Source: an uncultured delta proteobacterium (GTDB lineage: Bacteria > Myxococcota_A > Polyangia > Polyangiales > Polyangiaceae). Taken from it: a stretch of 64,000 bases of DNA. Positions 9,339 through 18,626 of this stretch are shown here, one piece after another. The stretch is taken from NCBI GenBank assembly GCA_963782055.1, contig CAWAIF010000003.1, forward strand, positions 6,464,001 to 6,528,000. Direction: 5' to 3'. Both the position numbers and the translations under genes were made by a program. The notes beneath the pieces are model-generated. The model saw nothing but the letters and a program-made list of their open reading frames with translations, was not told the origin of the DNA and searched no databases. Every line of letters starts with the position of its first letter. Positions within the stretch are counted from its first letter, which is position 1.

Positions 9339-12300
9339 TCAGTAGTAGATGCCGGAGGAGAAGAACTTGGCCAGCTCGCGGGCCGCGTTCAGGTTGGAGA
9401 CGTAGCCCTTGAGCTGCGCTTCCTTGGTGTAATCCTTCGGCGTGGCGGTGTTGTAGACCGGATGGGTGAAGCCGTTGTCGTCGGTCATCGTCCCGGTCTG
9501 GGTGTACGCGGCAGCGGCGAGCTGATTGGCGTACTGGATCATGCGGGCGCCCATCGTCGTCTGGACGGGAGCCATCTTGGAGTTCACGACCTCGGTCCCG
9601 TAGTTGCGGGCGGCGAAGATGTCGCCCGAGAGGGGATCGCGGAAGCGGATCTGCTCGGCCAGCGGGACGTCGACGGTGTCGGCGCCGCCCGGAGACCAGA
9701 TACGCAGCTGGTCGGTCGTGTTGGAGTTGAGCTGGGTAGCCCCGAACCAGTCCACGAGGAACATGAGCGGGTACTGCTGCTCCCAGCCGAGGAGCGGCGA
9801 CAGGACCGTCGCGCCCGCCGGGTAGTCCAGCTTGGTGGTGGTGGGATCGTTCGGGTCCCACTTGTCCCAGGGGAGGTAGCGGACCTCCGGAACCGTGCTC
9901 GCCAGGTTGCCGGTGGGCAGCGTGACGTACGGGCCGAGGGTCATCGGGTCGCCCGCCATGACTTCGGAGAAGAAGCGGCGAACCTGGTTCGGATAGAGAC
10001 TCGCGAAGTTCAGGTTCTTGTAGCGACCGTCGATGTAGTCCTCCTTCGAGTTGGACACGAAGTTGTTGTACGCCTCGGTCAGGTAGAAGGCGGCGTACAG
10101 CTTCTCGTACCAGGTACCCGCCTGGGTCTGGTAGTCGCCCCACCAGTAGCCCTGCGTGTAGTCGTAGTCGTTGTGGAGGTAGCGGCCCTCACCCGAGCCG
10201 AAGCCGACCTTGAAGTCGCCCTCGGGGAAGTTGATGAGGTTGTTGATGTCCTCGCCCTCCGCGTAGTCGAAGGGCATGCCCGTCTGGGCGGCCTTCTGGA
10301 TGGCGTAGGGGCCGGGCTCCGGCCGCGTCAGCACCCGGAGGAAGGTGGCGAACGCGTCCTGAGCGCCGAGGGTGAGGGGCATCAGATCGCCCGGGTTGCT
10401 CTCGGCCTGGACCGGGTTGCTGGAGAACTGCACCATCAGCGCGAGGGTGCGGGTCATCTGCGAGAGCTTGTCGAAGTACCGGTCCGCCGATCGGCTCATG
10501 ACGCTCTGAGAGTTGAACGTCACGCGGTCGCGGCGGAAGTTGTCGAAGACGTACCGGTTCTCGTAGGTCGAGATGATGAACTGGATCTGCTCGTAGGCGT
10601 CGGCGCCCGCGTCGAAGCGGTACACCGGAACGTTGCCGATGTCGGCGAACTCGTCCGAGCCGAACATGTACGGGTGTCGGACGTTGCCGTCGGGGGCGAC
10701 GGCGAAGTTGGCGACGAGGTCGGGCCGCACTGCGGTGACCGCGGGGGTGTACTTGTCCACCGTCTTCATCATGCGGAAGGGCACGTACTCCATCTTGAAG
10801 CCGTCGCACTTCGCGCTGAGCGGATCGTTGGGATCCGACTGCGGGCCGCAGTTATTGAGGATGTGGTAGTACTCGTTGTACCAGGTGTAGTGCACCCCAC
10901 CGAGGCTCTGGCCGCCGATGCCGCCGAAGCCGTCGAGGACCTGGAGGTACGCCTTACCCTTGTCGTTGCTCTGGGCAGCGTCGGTGTCGACGTCCACGAC
11001 GTCGCCGTATGCGAAGCGCATGGCGGCCTTGTCGTAGTTGCCGATGTCGTTCATGTCCTGGGTCTGGTCACCCGGGTAGTCCATGACCGTCGTGGAGCCC
11101 CACTTCCAGATCATGCCGTTGACCTCTTGCTCGGTCACCGGGTCCATCCACCGCGGGCCGGCGCACTTGGTGCCGTCCGTGTTGGGGGTCATGACGTCCT
11201 GGCAGGGCTTCTCCGCGCCGTTGCGGGTACGGAGCTGCCAGTACTGCTTGTGGTAGTTGAGCGAGTCGATGCTGCCCGTGAAGTTGTGGCGCAGGCCCAT
11301 CGAGTGGCCCATCTCGTGGGCGATGACCGCGACGTGGAACTGCTCGCGGATCCACTTGCGGAGCGACTCGTCACGCTGGTGCTTGAGCGCCGGGTAGTTC
11401 GGGTCGCTGGTGTCGGGGAGCGGGAAGAGCTTCTGCGCCTGGCGCGCCAGGCCGACGAGAGAGTCGGGCTCCGGCTGCTCCACCTCGCAGTAGCCGCGCT
11501 GGGCGAAGGACTTCTCGCGCATGCGCTTCATCCAGGCCCGGAGCTGCGGGTTCATGCCGCGCAGGAAGGAGGCCTTGTTGACCGCGTCGTCGTTGCCGGC
11601 GAGCGGCGTCGAGGGATCCATTCCGGCCGCCTGGAGCATGTCCGGGGTGACCATCTTGGTCTCGAGGTCGGTGTCGATGGCCGCCTTGCGGATGGACTCG
11701 AAGTTGGAGTCCAGCGAGGGGCCGAGGACCTTCTGCAGGGTCTTGGCGGCCTTCTCGCGCTGCATGGCCTTCGGCAGCATGGCGTCGGCCTTGGTGAGGC
11801 CGTTGGCGCTCGCAAACTCGGCCGAGGTCGAGTGGATGCGCTTCAGGATCTCGTCGTGGGAAAGCGTCTTCGGCTGGTACCCGGAGGTGCCCAGCTTGCT
11901 CGCCTTGACCCAGTCCTGCAGGTAGCTGCCGCCGGCGATGTCCTTGTCGCTGATCTCGCCGTTGATCCAGCGGAGGAGGTCGCCCGTCCACTGCGCGACG
12001 AAGTCGAGGACGTAGCCCCACTCGTTGACGCTGGTGGAGACCTTCTCGCCGGTGGTCGGGTCATCCGCGTCCACCATGATGCCCCACGGGGAGTGCGTCT
12101 GGGGGGCGGTGATGATGTTGACCATGTTGTAGCGGAGGTCGCCGATCCTCGCGAGGAGGCCGGGCGGTCCGCACGCCGGGTCGTCGCTGTCGATGACCGG
12201 GTTGTGGCAGAGGACGAAGACGTCGGGGATGGTCTCGCCGCCGTTGGAGCGGGTGGCGAGGTCGTTCTCGTCGGTCACGAAGCCGGAGTCGTCCGCGCCC

Positions 12301-13718
12301 ACCTGGTCGGCGTCGGCCTTGGAGCCGATCTCGGCCGCGCGCTTGACGGCGACGTTCCACTGGTCGAGGGCGACGCGCGTCGACGCGAAGAGGTCGGGCG
12401 CAGCGCCGGGGCCGTAGTACCAGGGGATGGTCCTGAGGGTGCGCTCGTGGAGCGGCAGCGTGCACTTGTGGGCGGTCTCGTCGCAGCGAGAGCCCGGGTG
12501 CGTCATGTCGCCGTTGGCGTCGGTGAACGCGCACTCGGCCTCGGTGTAGTTGTCCGTCGACGACTTGCGGTGCGGGTCCGCGCCGACGGGCGTGCCCGGG
12601 AAGGGCTGGCCGTTCGGGTCGGGGATCGGCAGGCCGGTCTGGCCGTCGGTGGCGAAGGTGCCGTCCTCGTTGACCTTGTACTTGGCGACGTTGCCCTTGT
12701 CGTCACGCCAGTAGTCGACGGCGCACTGGCTGCCCTCGATGTGGCTCTTCTGCCAGATGTTGTACTTGGCCGCGTAGCGGTGCCACTTCTGGTCGAGGAT
12801 GGTGCCGTAGTTGCGCTCGAAGCCGTAGCGGTCCTGGGTGAACCAGCCGAAGGCCTCCATCTTGTTGCCGTCCCAGTCCGACGCCTCGTAGTCGTCGTCG
12901 ACGACCTTCTTGAAGGACAGGCGGAGGGTGACCTCGGTCGGGTTGCAGTTACCGACCGGGTAGTTGCCGCCGTAGGCGTACGGGAGGAAGCAGGCCGGGA
13001 ACGCGCCCCACGGCGTGTTGATGGTCTGCGGCGAGGCGAAGGCCTTGCTGGTGATGTCGAAGTAGCCGTCCGCCTGATCGAAGACCGGCGCGTTCGGGCT
13101 GGTGGGGTCCGACTCGTAGTACGACATCGGGTCCCACTTCACGCCGCCGAAGATGCCGAGCTGCGAGAGGGTGTCGACCTCGTAGCCGTCGGTCACCAGG
13201 TTCTTCGACCAGTCGACGCGCATGTACTCGCGCTCGTTCCACGGACGGTCGGTGGTGTTCTCGGTGACGACGTTCAGCTCCTCGCCCGTGCTCGGGTTGT
13301 AGGAGCGGCGGATGTCGAAGTGGCTGCTGATGGCGAACATCGCGACGACCTGACCGTTGTTGCTGGTCTTGGTGCCGTTGTGATCGCTGTCCTGGATGCG
13401 CTCGTAGGTCTCCCGCGCGATGAGATCGTTCTCGGTGATCTCCCACTTGATGCGCGTCAGCGGCTGCGCGTACGAAGCCGTGAAGAGGCCATCACCGCCG
13501 CCGTTCCCGTAGGGGACGTCGATGACGGTGTTGCGCATGTAAAACTCGGGATCGTCCGACGAGTCCGAGAGGCTCGCGCCGACGAAGAAATGCTTCGAGA
13601 GCGCGTTCGGCTGAACCTGGTTGATCGGGTCGCGCTCCTGCGCACACCCCGCCGATGCCCACACGACGGCGCCGAACAGAGCAGCCAGCCCCAGACGCCT
13701 TGTCCACTTCGGTTGCAT
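9339..13718 (-). CDS. Large zinc-dependent metalloprotease lipoprotein (~1459 aa)
   Basis: RBS AAGGAGG before ATG 13718; lipobox SAGC; metzincin-like HEMGHSMGLRHN followed by Met-turn TTVMDY. Confidence 0.88.
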   Translation of the reverse strand: MQPKWTRRLGLAALFGAVVWASAGCAQERDPINQVQPNALSKHFFVGASLSDSSDDPEFYMRNTVIDVPYGNGGGDGLFTASYAQPLTRIKWEITENDLIARETYERIQDSDHNGTKTSNNGQVVAMFAISSHFDIRRSYNPSTGEELNVVTENTTDRPWNEREYMRVDWSKNLVTDGYEVDTLSQLGIFGGVKWDPMSYYESDPTSPNAPVFDQADGYFDITSKAFASPQTINTPWGAFPACFLPYAYGGNYPVGNCNPTEVTLRLSFKKVVDDDYEASDWDGNKMEAFGWFTQDRYGFERNYGTILDQKWHRYAAKYNIWQKSHIEGSQCAVDYWRDDKGNVAKYKVNEDGTFATDGQTGLPIPDPNGQPFPGTPVGADPHRKSSTDNYTEAECAFTDANGDMTHPGSRCDETAHKCTLPLHERTLRTIPWYYGPGAAPDLFASTRVALDQWNVAVKRAAEIGSKADADQVGADDSGFVTDENDLATRSNGGETIPDVFVLCHNPVIDSDDPACGPPGLLARIGDLRYNMVNIITAPQTHSPWGIMVDADDPTTGEKVSTSVNEWGYVLDFVAQWTGDLLRWINGEISDKDIAGGSYLQDWVKASKLGTSGYQPKTLSHDEILKRIHSTSAEFASANGLTKADAMLPKAMQREKAAKTLQKVLGPSLDSNFESIRKAAIDTDLETKMVTPDMLQAAGMDPSTPLAGNDDAVNKASFLRGMNPQLRAWMKRMREKSFAQRGYCEVEQPEPDSLVGLARQAQKLFPLPDTSDPNYPALKHQRDESLRKWIREQFHVAVIAHEMGHSMGLRHNFTGSIDSLNYHKQYWQLRTRNGAEKPCQDVMTPNTDGTKCAGPRWMDPVTEQEVNGMIWKWGSTTVMDYPGDQTQDMNDIGNYDKAAMRFAYGDVVDVDTDAAQSNDKGKAYLQVLDGFGGIGGQSLGGVHYTWYNEYYHILNNCGPQSDPNDPLSAKCDGFKMEYVPFRMMKTVDKYTPAVTAVRPDLVANFAVAPDGNVRHPYMFGSDEFADIGNVPVYRFDAGADAYEQIQFIISTYENRYVFDNFRRDRVTFNSQSVMSRSADRYFDKLSQMTRTLALMVQFSSNPVQAESNPGDLMPLTLGAQDAFATFLRVLTRPEPGPYAIQKAAQTGMPFDYAEGEDINNLINFPEGDFKVGFGSGEGRYLHNDYDYTQGYWWGDYQTQAGTWYEKLYAAFYLTEAYNNFVSNSKEDYIDGRYKNLNFASLYPNQVRRFFSEVMAGDPMTLGPYVTLPTGNLASTVPEVRYLPWDKWDPNDPTTTKLDYPAGATVLSPLLGWEQQYPLMFLVDWFGATQLNSNTTDQLRIWSPGGADTVDVPLAEQIRFRDPLSGDIFAARNYGTEVVNSKMAPVQTTMGARMIQYANQLAAAAYTQTGTMTDDNGFTHPVYNTATPKDYTKEAQLKGYVSNLNAARELAKFFSSGIYY

Positions 13719-13776
13719 CCGAACCTCCTTAACAAACCCGCGGCCCTCCCCCATGGGACGACCCATCCGTGCACGA

Positions 13777-13792
13777 AGCAAGATTGAAACCA
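13777..13792 (-). promoter_or_regulatory. Candidate sigma54 -24/-12 promoter
   Basis: Minus strand TGG-TTTCAATC-TTGCT, i.e. GG-N10-GC spacing, about 60 nt upstream of the metalloprotease start. Confidence 0.4.
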
Positions 13793-13867
13793 GCAGTTGT
13801 TCCCTAACGATTCCCTGCACTTACAGCACACCACGTTGGCGTTCGCACGCCCTTTTGGGGGCTGCCG

Positions 13868-15187
13868 TTAGCGTCGTGACGACCTGACTTCCACCGCCCG
13901 CGCGTGAGCCTCGAGGCCCTCGAGGCGGGCGAAGGTGGTGATGGCCTCGCTCTGGCGGGCGAGGGCCTCCGCCGTGTAGGCGATCACCGAGGTGTGGACG
14001 AAGAAGTCGTAGACGCCGAGGGGCGAGCCAAACCGGACCGTCCCCCCTGTCGGAAGCACATGGGAAGGGCCGGCGACATAGTCACCAGCGGCCTCCGGCG
14101 TCAAGCCACCAAGAAAGGCGGCGCCGGCGTGCCGAATTTGCCGAAGCATTCCATTGGGTTCCCGGACCTGCAGGCTGAGGTGCTCGGCGGCGATGGTGTC
14201 GGCGACCTCCGCCAGGCGCGCCCGCGTCTGCACCACGAAGCAGACCCCGTTGCCTTCGCAGGCGGCCCGGGCGATGGCCACGCGGGGGAGGGTCTCCAGC
14301 TGGCGGGCGAGCTCCTCGGCCACGGCGTCGGCCATGGAGGGGGAGGCGCAGACGAGCAAGGGGTAGGCGGCCTCGTCGTGCTCGGCCTGCGAGAGGAGGT
14401 CGGCGGCGATGACGCGGGGGTCGGCCTCGTCGTCGGCCACCACCAGGATCTCGCTCGGACCGGCGACGCCATCGATGGCGACGGCGCCGAAGACCAGGCG
14501 CTTGGCGCAGGCGACGTAGAGGTTGCCGGGGCCGACGATCTTGTCGACCCGCGGGACGGAGGCGGTGCCGTACGCGAGGGCGCCGATGGCCTGCGCACCG
14601 CCGGCGTCCAGGATGGCGGTGACGCCGGCGAGGTGGGCGGCGGCGAAGACGGTGTCGTCGCTGGCGTCGCCGGCGAGGGGGGTGGCGAGCACGACGTCGC
14701 CCACGCCGGCCACCCGCGCGGGGATGGCGCTCATCAGGACGCTGGAGGGGTAGCGGGCCTTGCCGCCGGGGGCATACACGCCGACACGGGAGAGCGGGCG
14801 CACGCGCGTGCCGACGGTGACGCCGTGCTCGGTGTGGCGGAAGCCGCGGTCCTCCGGGTCGTGGGCGCGGCCGAAGAGGTGGGCGAGCTGCTGCTCGTGA
14901 AAGCGGCGGATGCGGTCGGCGGCGAACGTCATCGCCGCGGCGGCGCCGGCACCCAGCCGGGCGAGCGCGCCCGCGCCGTCGTAGTCGTGGAGGAGGAGCG
15001 CGGCGGGGCGGCGGTGATCGAAGCGCTCGGCGTAGCGGAGCACGGCGGCATCGCCCTCGGCCCGGACGGCGGCGAGGATCTCGCGCACCGCGGGCTCGAC
15101 GCGTGACGTATCGGCCTCGCCGCGGGCGACCACCCGAGCCAGCGCGGTCTCGAAGTCCGGCGTGCCGTCGTGGACGATGCGCAGCAT
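13868..15187 (-). CDS. hisD: Histidinol dehydrogenase
   Basis: GVYAPGGKARYPSSVLM, KIVGPGNLYV, AGPSE, DLLSQAEHD, GDYVAGPSHVLPT, EGLEAHA. Confidence 0.97.
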   Translation of the reverse strand: MLRIVHDGTPDFETALARVVARGEADTSRVEPAVREILAAVRAEGDAAVLRYAERFDHRRPAALLLHDYDGAGALARLGAGAAAAMTFAADRIRRFHEQQLAHLFGRAHDPEDRGFRHTEHGVTVGTRVRPLSRVGVYAPGGKARYPSSVLMSAIPARVAGVGDVVLATPLAGDASDDTVFAAAHLAGVTAILDAGGAQAIGALAYGTASVPRVDKIVGPGNLYVACAKRLVFGAVAIDGVAGPSEILVVADDEADPRVIAADLLSQAEHDEAAYPLLVCASPSMADAVAEELARQLETLPRVAIARAACEGNGVCFVVQTRARLAEVADTIAAEHLSLQVREPNGMLRQIRHAGAAFLGGLTPEAAGDYVAGPSHVLPTGGTVRFGSPLGVYDFFVHTSVIAYTAEALARQSEAITTFARLEGLEAHARAVEVRSSRR

Positions 15188-15230
15188 GGCGCGCGGTGTG
15201 TAGCACGCGGACGTGGTAGCGTCTCGCGTG

Positions 15231-16235
15231 ATGCGTGCGCGCGTCCTGGTCGGTGGCGGCGTGCTGGCGGTGCTCCTCGCGACCGGCTGCCCGCGCCCGC
15301 GCTGCGCGTACGTGGACGGCGCGAACGGCCCCCACGGCGCAAACCGTTGCGTGCCGCTGGTGTGTCCGCACGGCTCGACCGCCGACGGCGATGGGCGCTG
15401 CGCGTGCGTGGATGGCCTGGTGCCGATGTTCGGCGCGTGCATGCCGGTGGACCGGGTGCAGCGCTTCTGCGGCCCATCGACGCGCGTGGAGCCGACCGGC
15501 GCGTGCGTGCGGCGGGCTTGCGAGCCGGACGCGGCCGTCGACTGGTCCACCGGAGCGTGCGTGCCCTCGCGCACGCTGCGCGACATCGCGTCGTCGACGC
15601 TGGGCTTGCGACTGCAGGACGAGCAGCGGCTCGGGTGCCCGGGCGCGGTGATGGGCGTGCGAGGGTCGAGCGTCTTCTGTCTGGCGCCGCAGGACGCGTG
15701 CACGCGCACGGAGGGGCGGACCGCGAAGGGGTGCGACGCCGCGCCGCCCTGCCCGCCGGGCGAGGTGCGCGACGAAGCGGCGTCGCGGTGCGAGCGCGTG
15801 GTGCTGCCGCGGCGCGGGACGGAGTACGTGGTCGACGTGGCGACGTGGGCGCGGCTCGCGCTCGGTCCGGACGGCGGGACCGCGACGCCGGCGGTGTGCG
15901 CGCCGCTGCGCGCCGACGCGCGGGCGCTGACGGGCGGGGCGATGGGGAGCTCCAGGGTGCTCGCGCTGGACGTGACGCTGGTGTTCCCGGACAACGACGT
16001 GACGCAGGTGGAGACGCGGGTGCGGACGCACGAGGGCGGCTACGGGAAGCCGGCGGGGCCGGCGAGCGGGCGGGTGGCGGCGGCGGTGGGGGACGTGGTG
16101 GAGGCGCTGCGCGACGTGGGCGGGGTGGCGAGCGCGGCGGCGGTGGATCTGCGGGTGCGGTGCGATGTGCAGATGGGGCAGAGCCCGGCGGGGGTGGCGC
16201 GGGGGGCGGGGGATGCCGGAGTGGATGGGGGGTAG
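15231..16235 (+). CDS. Cys-rich putative lipoprotein
   Basis: Signal peptide with LATGC lipobox; many spaced Cys; divergent from hisD. Confidence 0.65.
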   Translation: MRARVLVGGGVLAVLLATGCPRPRCAYVDGANGPHGANRCVPLVCPHGSTADGDGRCACVDGLVPMFGACMPVDRVQRFCGPSTRVEPTGACVRRACEPDAAVDWSTGACVPSRTLRDIASSTLGLRLQDEQRLGCPGAVMGVRGSSVFCLAPQDACTRTEGRTAKGCDAAPPCPPGEVRDEAASRCERVVLPRRGTEYVVDVATWARLALGPDGGTATPAVCAPLRADARALTGGAMGSSRVLALDVTLVFPDNDVTQVETRVRTHEGGYGKPAGPASGRVAAAVGDVVEALRDVGGVASAAAVDLRVRCDVQMGQSPAGVARGAGDAGVDGG

Positions 16236-16416
16236 GGCGCGAGGGCGGGCGCGAGGGCGGGCGCGGGCGCGGGCGCGGGCGCGGGGGCGGGCGCGGGCGC
16301 GAGGGCGGGCGCGGGCGCGAGGGCGGGCGCGAGGGCGGGCGCGAGCGCGAGGGCGGGCGCGAGGGCGGGCGCGAGCGCGAGGGCGGGCGCGAGGGCGGGG
16401 GCGGGCGTGGGCGCGG
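16236..16416. repeat. Low-complexity tandem array of GGGCGC/GAGGGC-type hexamers
   Basis: About 180 bp of gggcgc/gagggc units directly after the 16235 stop. Confidence 0.9.
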
Positions 16417-16478
16417 GGGGAGTGTTGGGGATCGGGAGCTGGCGAACGATCGGCTCTGGGACGTGGGGAGGGCTGGTT

Positions 16479-16517
16479 CACATTGATAAAATCAATGTGT
16501 ACATTGACAAAGTTAAT
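16479..16517. promoter_or_regulatory. Tandem palindromic operator overlapping a TTGACA -35-like box
   Basis: CACATTGAT-AAA-ATCAATGTG (16479-16499) and ATTGAC-AAA-GTTAAT (16503-16517), 21 bp apart, in an AT-rich island. Confidence 0.7.
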
Positions 16518-16539
16518 CTTGTGATCAAATAGTCTCGTC

Positions 16540-16938
16540 ATGAAGCGGGCTGCTCCTACGGTTTGCCCTGCGTGCTCGGCGCCCCTGCGCATTGCGCGGC
16601 TGGAGTGCGATGCGTGCCGCACCGCGATCGAGGGGGACTTCGACATGGGGCGCCTCGGGCGGCTGTCGCGGGAGCAGCTCGCCTTCGTGGAGGTGTTTCT
16701 GGAGTGCCGGGGGAAGATCAAGGACGTGGAAGCGCGGCTGGGCATCTCGTACCCGACGGTCGTGTCCCGGCTGGAGCAGGTGGTGCAGGCGCTGGGCTCG
16801 TCCGCCGCTCCTGTGGCGCAGGACGCGGAGGTCAGCGCGCGCCGCACCCAAGAGGTGCTCGACTCCCTGTCCCGCGGAGAGATCACGCCCACGGAGGCCG
16901 CGGCCCGGCTGCGTGGCAAGAAGGAAGGAGCATCGTGA
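16540..16938 (+). CDS. DUF2089 family protein (Zn ribbon + HTH + SHOCT-like tail)
   Basis: CPAC...CDAC, GKIKDVEARLGISYPTV, VLDSLSRGEITPTEA. Confidence 0.88.
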   Translation: MKRAAPTVCPACSAPLRIARLECDACRTAIEGDFDMGRLGRLSREQLAFVEVFLECRGKIKDVEARLGISYPTVVSRLEQVVQALGSSAAPVAQDAEVSARRTQEVLDSLSRGEITPTEAAARLRGKKEGAS

Positions 16939-17810
16939 TGGAGACGACGGAAGAGGATCGCTGGCCGCTGCCGCTCGCGGAGCACCCCGCGCTGGAGATG
17001 GAAGCCGACTTCGCGGCGCTCACGATGGTGCCGCTTCGCGAAGGCGAGGAGCCGTTCCTGGAGGCGCGCACGCGCCACGGGCGGCGGCTGCAGCTGGAGG
17101 TCGCCGGCGAGGGCGGCACGACGCGCGTGCGCGTGGGCCACTCCGGCACCTTCTGGGGCGGCTGGGAAGCCGGCGGCGCGCGGCTGGTGGCGCACGTGCC
17201 GCGTGACGTCCGCGCGCGCGTTCGCTCGAGCGCGGGGCGTATCCACGTCGAGCACCTGGAGGGCTGCACGCTGGACATCGAGGCGGACGCGAGCCGCATC
17301 TCGCTGGAGGACGTGGGCGGTGCGCTGCGCGTCCACTCCGACGCCGGCCGCATCGACGGCGTGGCGATCCGCGGCCGGCTCGACTTCGGGTCGAGCGCCG
17401 GCGCCATCCGGCTGGAGGTGGCGGCGCTGGATCCCGGCCAGCACCGGGTGGAGACGAACGTGGGCTCCCTGCGGCTGGAGCTCGCGCGTGGCCTTCCGGT
17501 GCGCATCGACAGCAAGACGTCGATGGGCTCGTCGAAGGTGGACTTCCCCTCCACGAGAGACGCCGAGGCGGTGCTGGAGCTGTCCGCGGACGTGGGCGCG
17601 ATCCGAGTCCGGGAGTCGCACCGCCGCTACGAGGCGTCGCAGATGGCGCCGTACCCGCCGTGGCCGGCCGGGCCCTATCGCGCGCCCCAAGCAGGGGCGA
17701 CACCGGGCGTCACGCAAGAGGAGCTGGATGCCATCCTCGAGCGCGTGGCGGCAGGCTCGCTGTCGCCCGCGGACGCGAGCGCCCTGCTTCGCGCCCTCCG
17801 TACGCCCTGA
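16938..17810 (+). CDS. DUF4097-like beta-repeat protein with SHOCT-like C-terminus
   Basis: Repeated SSAGRI/SDAGRI/SSAGAI/TNVGSL/ADVGAI units; ILERVAAGSLSPADA; start overlaps upstream stop (TGATG). Confidence 0.75.
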   Translation: METTEEDRWPLPLAEHPALEMEADFAALTMVPLREGEEPFLEARTRHGRRLQLEVAGEGGTTRVRVGHSGTFWGGWEAGGARLVAHVPRDVRARVRSSAGRIHVEHLEGCTLDIEADASRISLEDVGGALRVHSDAGRIDGVAIRGRLDFGSSAGAIRLEVAALDPGQHRVETNVGSLRLELARGLPVRIDSKTSMGSSKVDFPSTRDAEAVLELSADVGAIRVRESHRRYEASQMAPYPPWPAGPYRAPQAGATPGVTQEELDAILERVAAGSLSPADASALLRALRTP

Positions 17811-17814
17811 GGCC

Positions 17815-18411
17815 TCAGGTCCAGTGGCCGGCGCGCAGGGCGGCGGCGTCGATGACCTTGACCTTCGGGCCGAGCGCCTCGCGGAAGCTGTCCTCGTCCT
17901 CGTCGTCCATGATCGCGTCGCCGAAGCCCGCCGCGATCTCCATGGCGGTCGCCAGGATGCGCAGGAACTGGGCGAAGCTGGAGGCGGCGAGGGTGGGCAC
18001 CCACTTGTCCTGCCCGCTCATCGCCGTGTAGACGGGGCAGTCGCCTTCGGGATCGGGCTTGGAGACGTCGAGGAAGTAGGGGTCGCCCAGCAGGGAGCTC
18101 TCCCCGATGACGACCCAGGAAGCCTTCCACTCGGCCGGCGGGGAGCCGCCGTCGGAGGGGGCGACGACGGTGGTCTGCGCCTTCAGCAGCTCGTCCGCGG
18201 GGAGGAGCCGGATGCGCTCGACCGGCGTCACCGTCTCCACCTGCTCCGGGTTGGCCTCCAGCAGGAAGGCGCGGAAGCGGGAGGGGACCTTGAGCTGCTT
18301 CTTGAGGGCATCCACCAGCTCGGCGGGCGCCTTGCCGAAGGTGATGGGGAGCTTCCGTCCCCCAAATACCGTCTTGAGACCTTCTACTGCGTCCGCCAGA
18401 TCGCTGTCCAC
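17815..18411 (-). CDS. SMI1/KNR4 (SUKH) family protein
   Basis: LKVPSRFRAFL, VIGESSLLGDPYFLD, LAASSFAQFL. Confidence 0.75.
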   Translation of the reverse strand: MDSDLADAVEGLKTVFGGRKLPITFGKAPAELVDALKKQLKVPSRFRAFLLEANPEQVETVTPVERIRLLPADELLKAQTTVVAPSDGGSPPAEWKASWVVIGESSLLGDPYFLDVSKPDPEGDCPVYTAMSGQDKWVPTLAASSFAQFLRILATAMEIAAGFGDAIMDDEDEDSFREALGPKVKVIDAAALRAGHWT

Positions 18412-18626
18412 ATCACCCTCGTTCCCACCACCCCTGCGCCGACTCTGTTCTGGGCCTTTGCGCTGCTGGCATCATGTTCCGCGGCGCGCACAGCGGAGGC
18501 GAGTGTACACGGTGCAGGGCTGGCCGCAAGCTCCGGCGCGGCCAATCCGCAGGTAGATTTCTTTGCGATGTCGGCAGCTTGTACGGCGCGTTTTTTCCTG
18601 CAAAGAAGCCGCCTCCGCCGGCGGGC

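Noticed and set aside
9315..13787. 1490-aa plus-strand ORF, and similar long antisense or alternate-frame ORFs (1184-3472, 14082-17717, 20081-23491, 32309-34372 upstream part)
   Set aside because: Shadow ORFs of real genes, expected in very GC-rich DNA; no recognisable motifs, and the opposite frame has clear family signatures
13868..15187. hisD separated from other his genes
   Set aside because: Scattered his genes are common in bacteria; not notable by itself
16483..16495. Possible FNR box TTGAT..ATCAA
   Set aside because: Spacer is 3 nt, not the 4 nt required for FNR/CRP-family sites
16165..16524. ORF encoding an Arg-Ala/Arg-Gly repeat protein
   Set aside because: Simply the translation of the hexamer array, and it runs through the operator region
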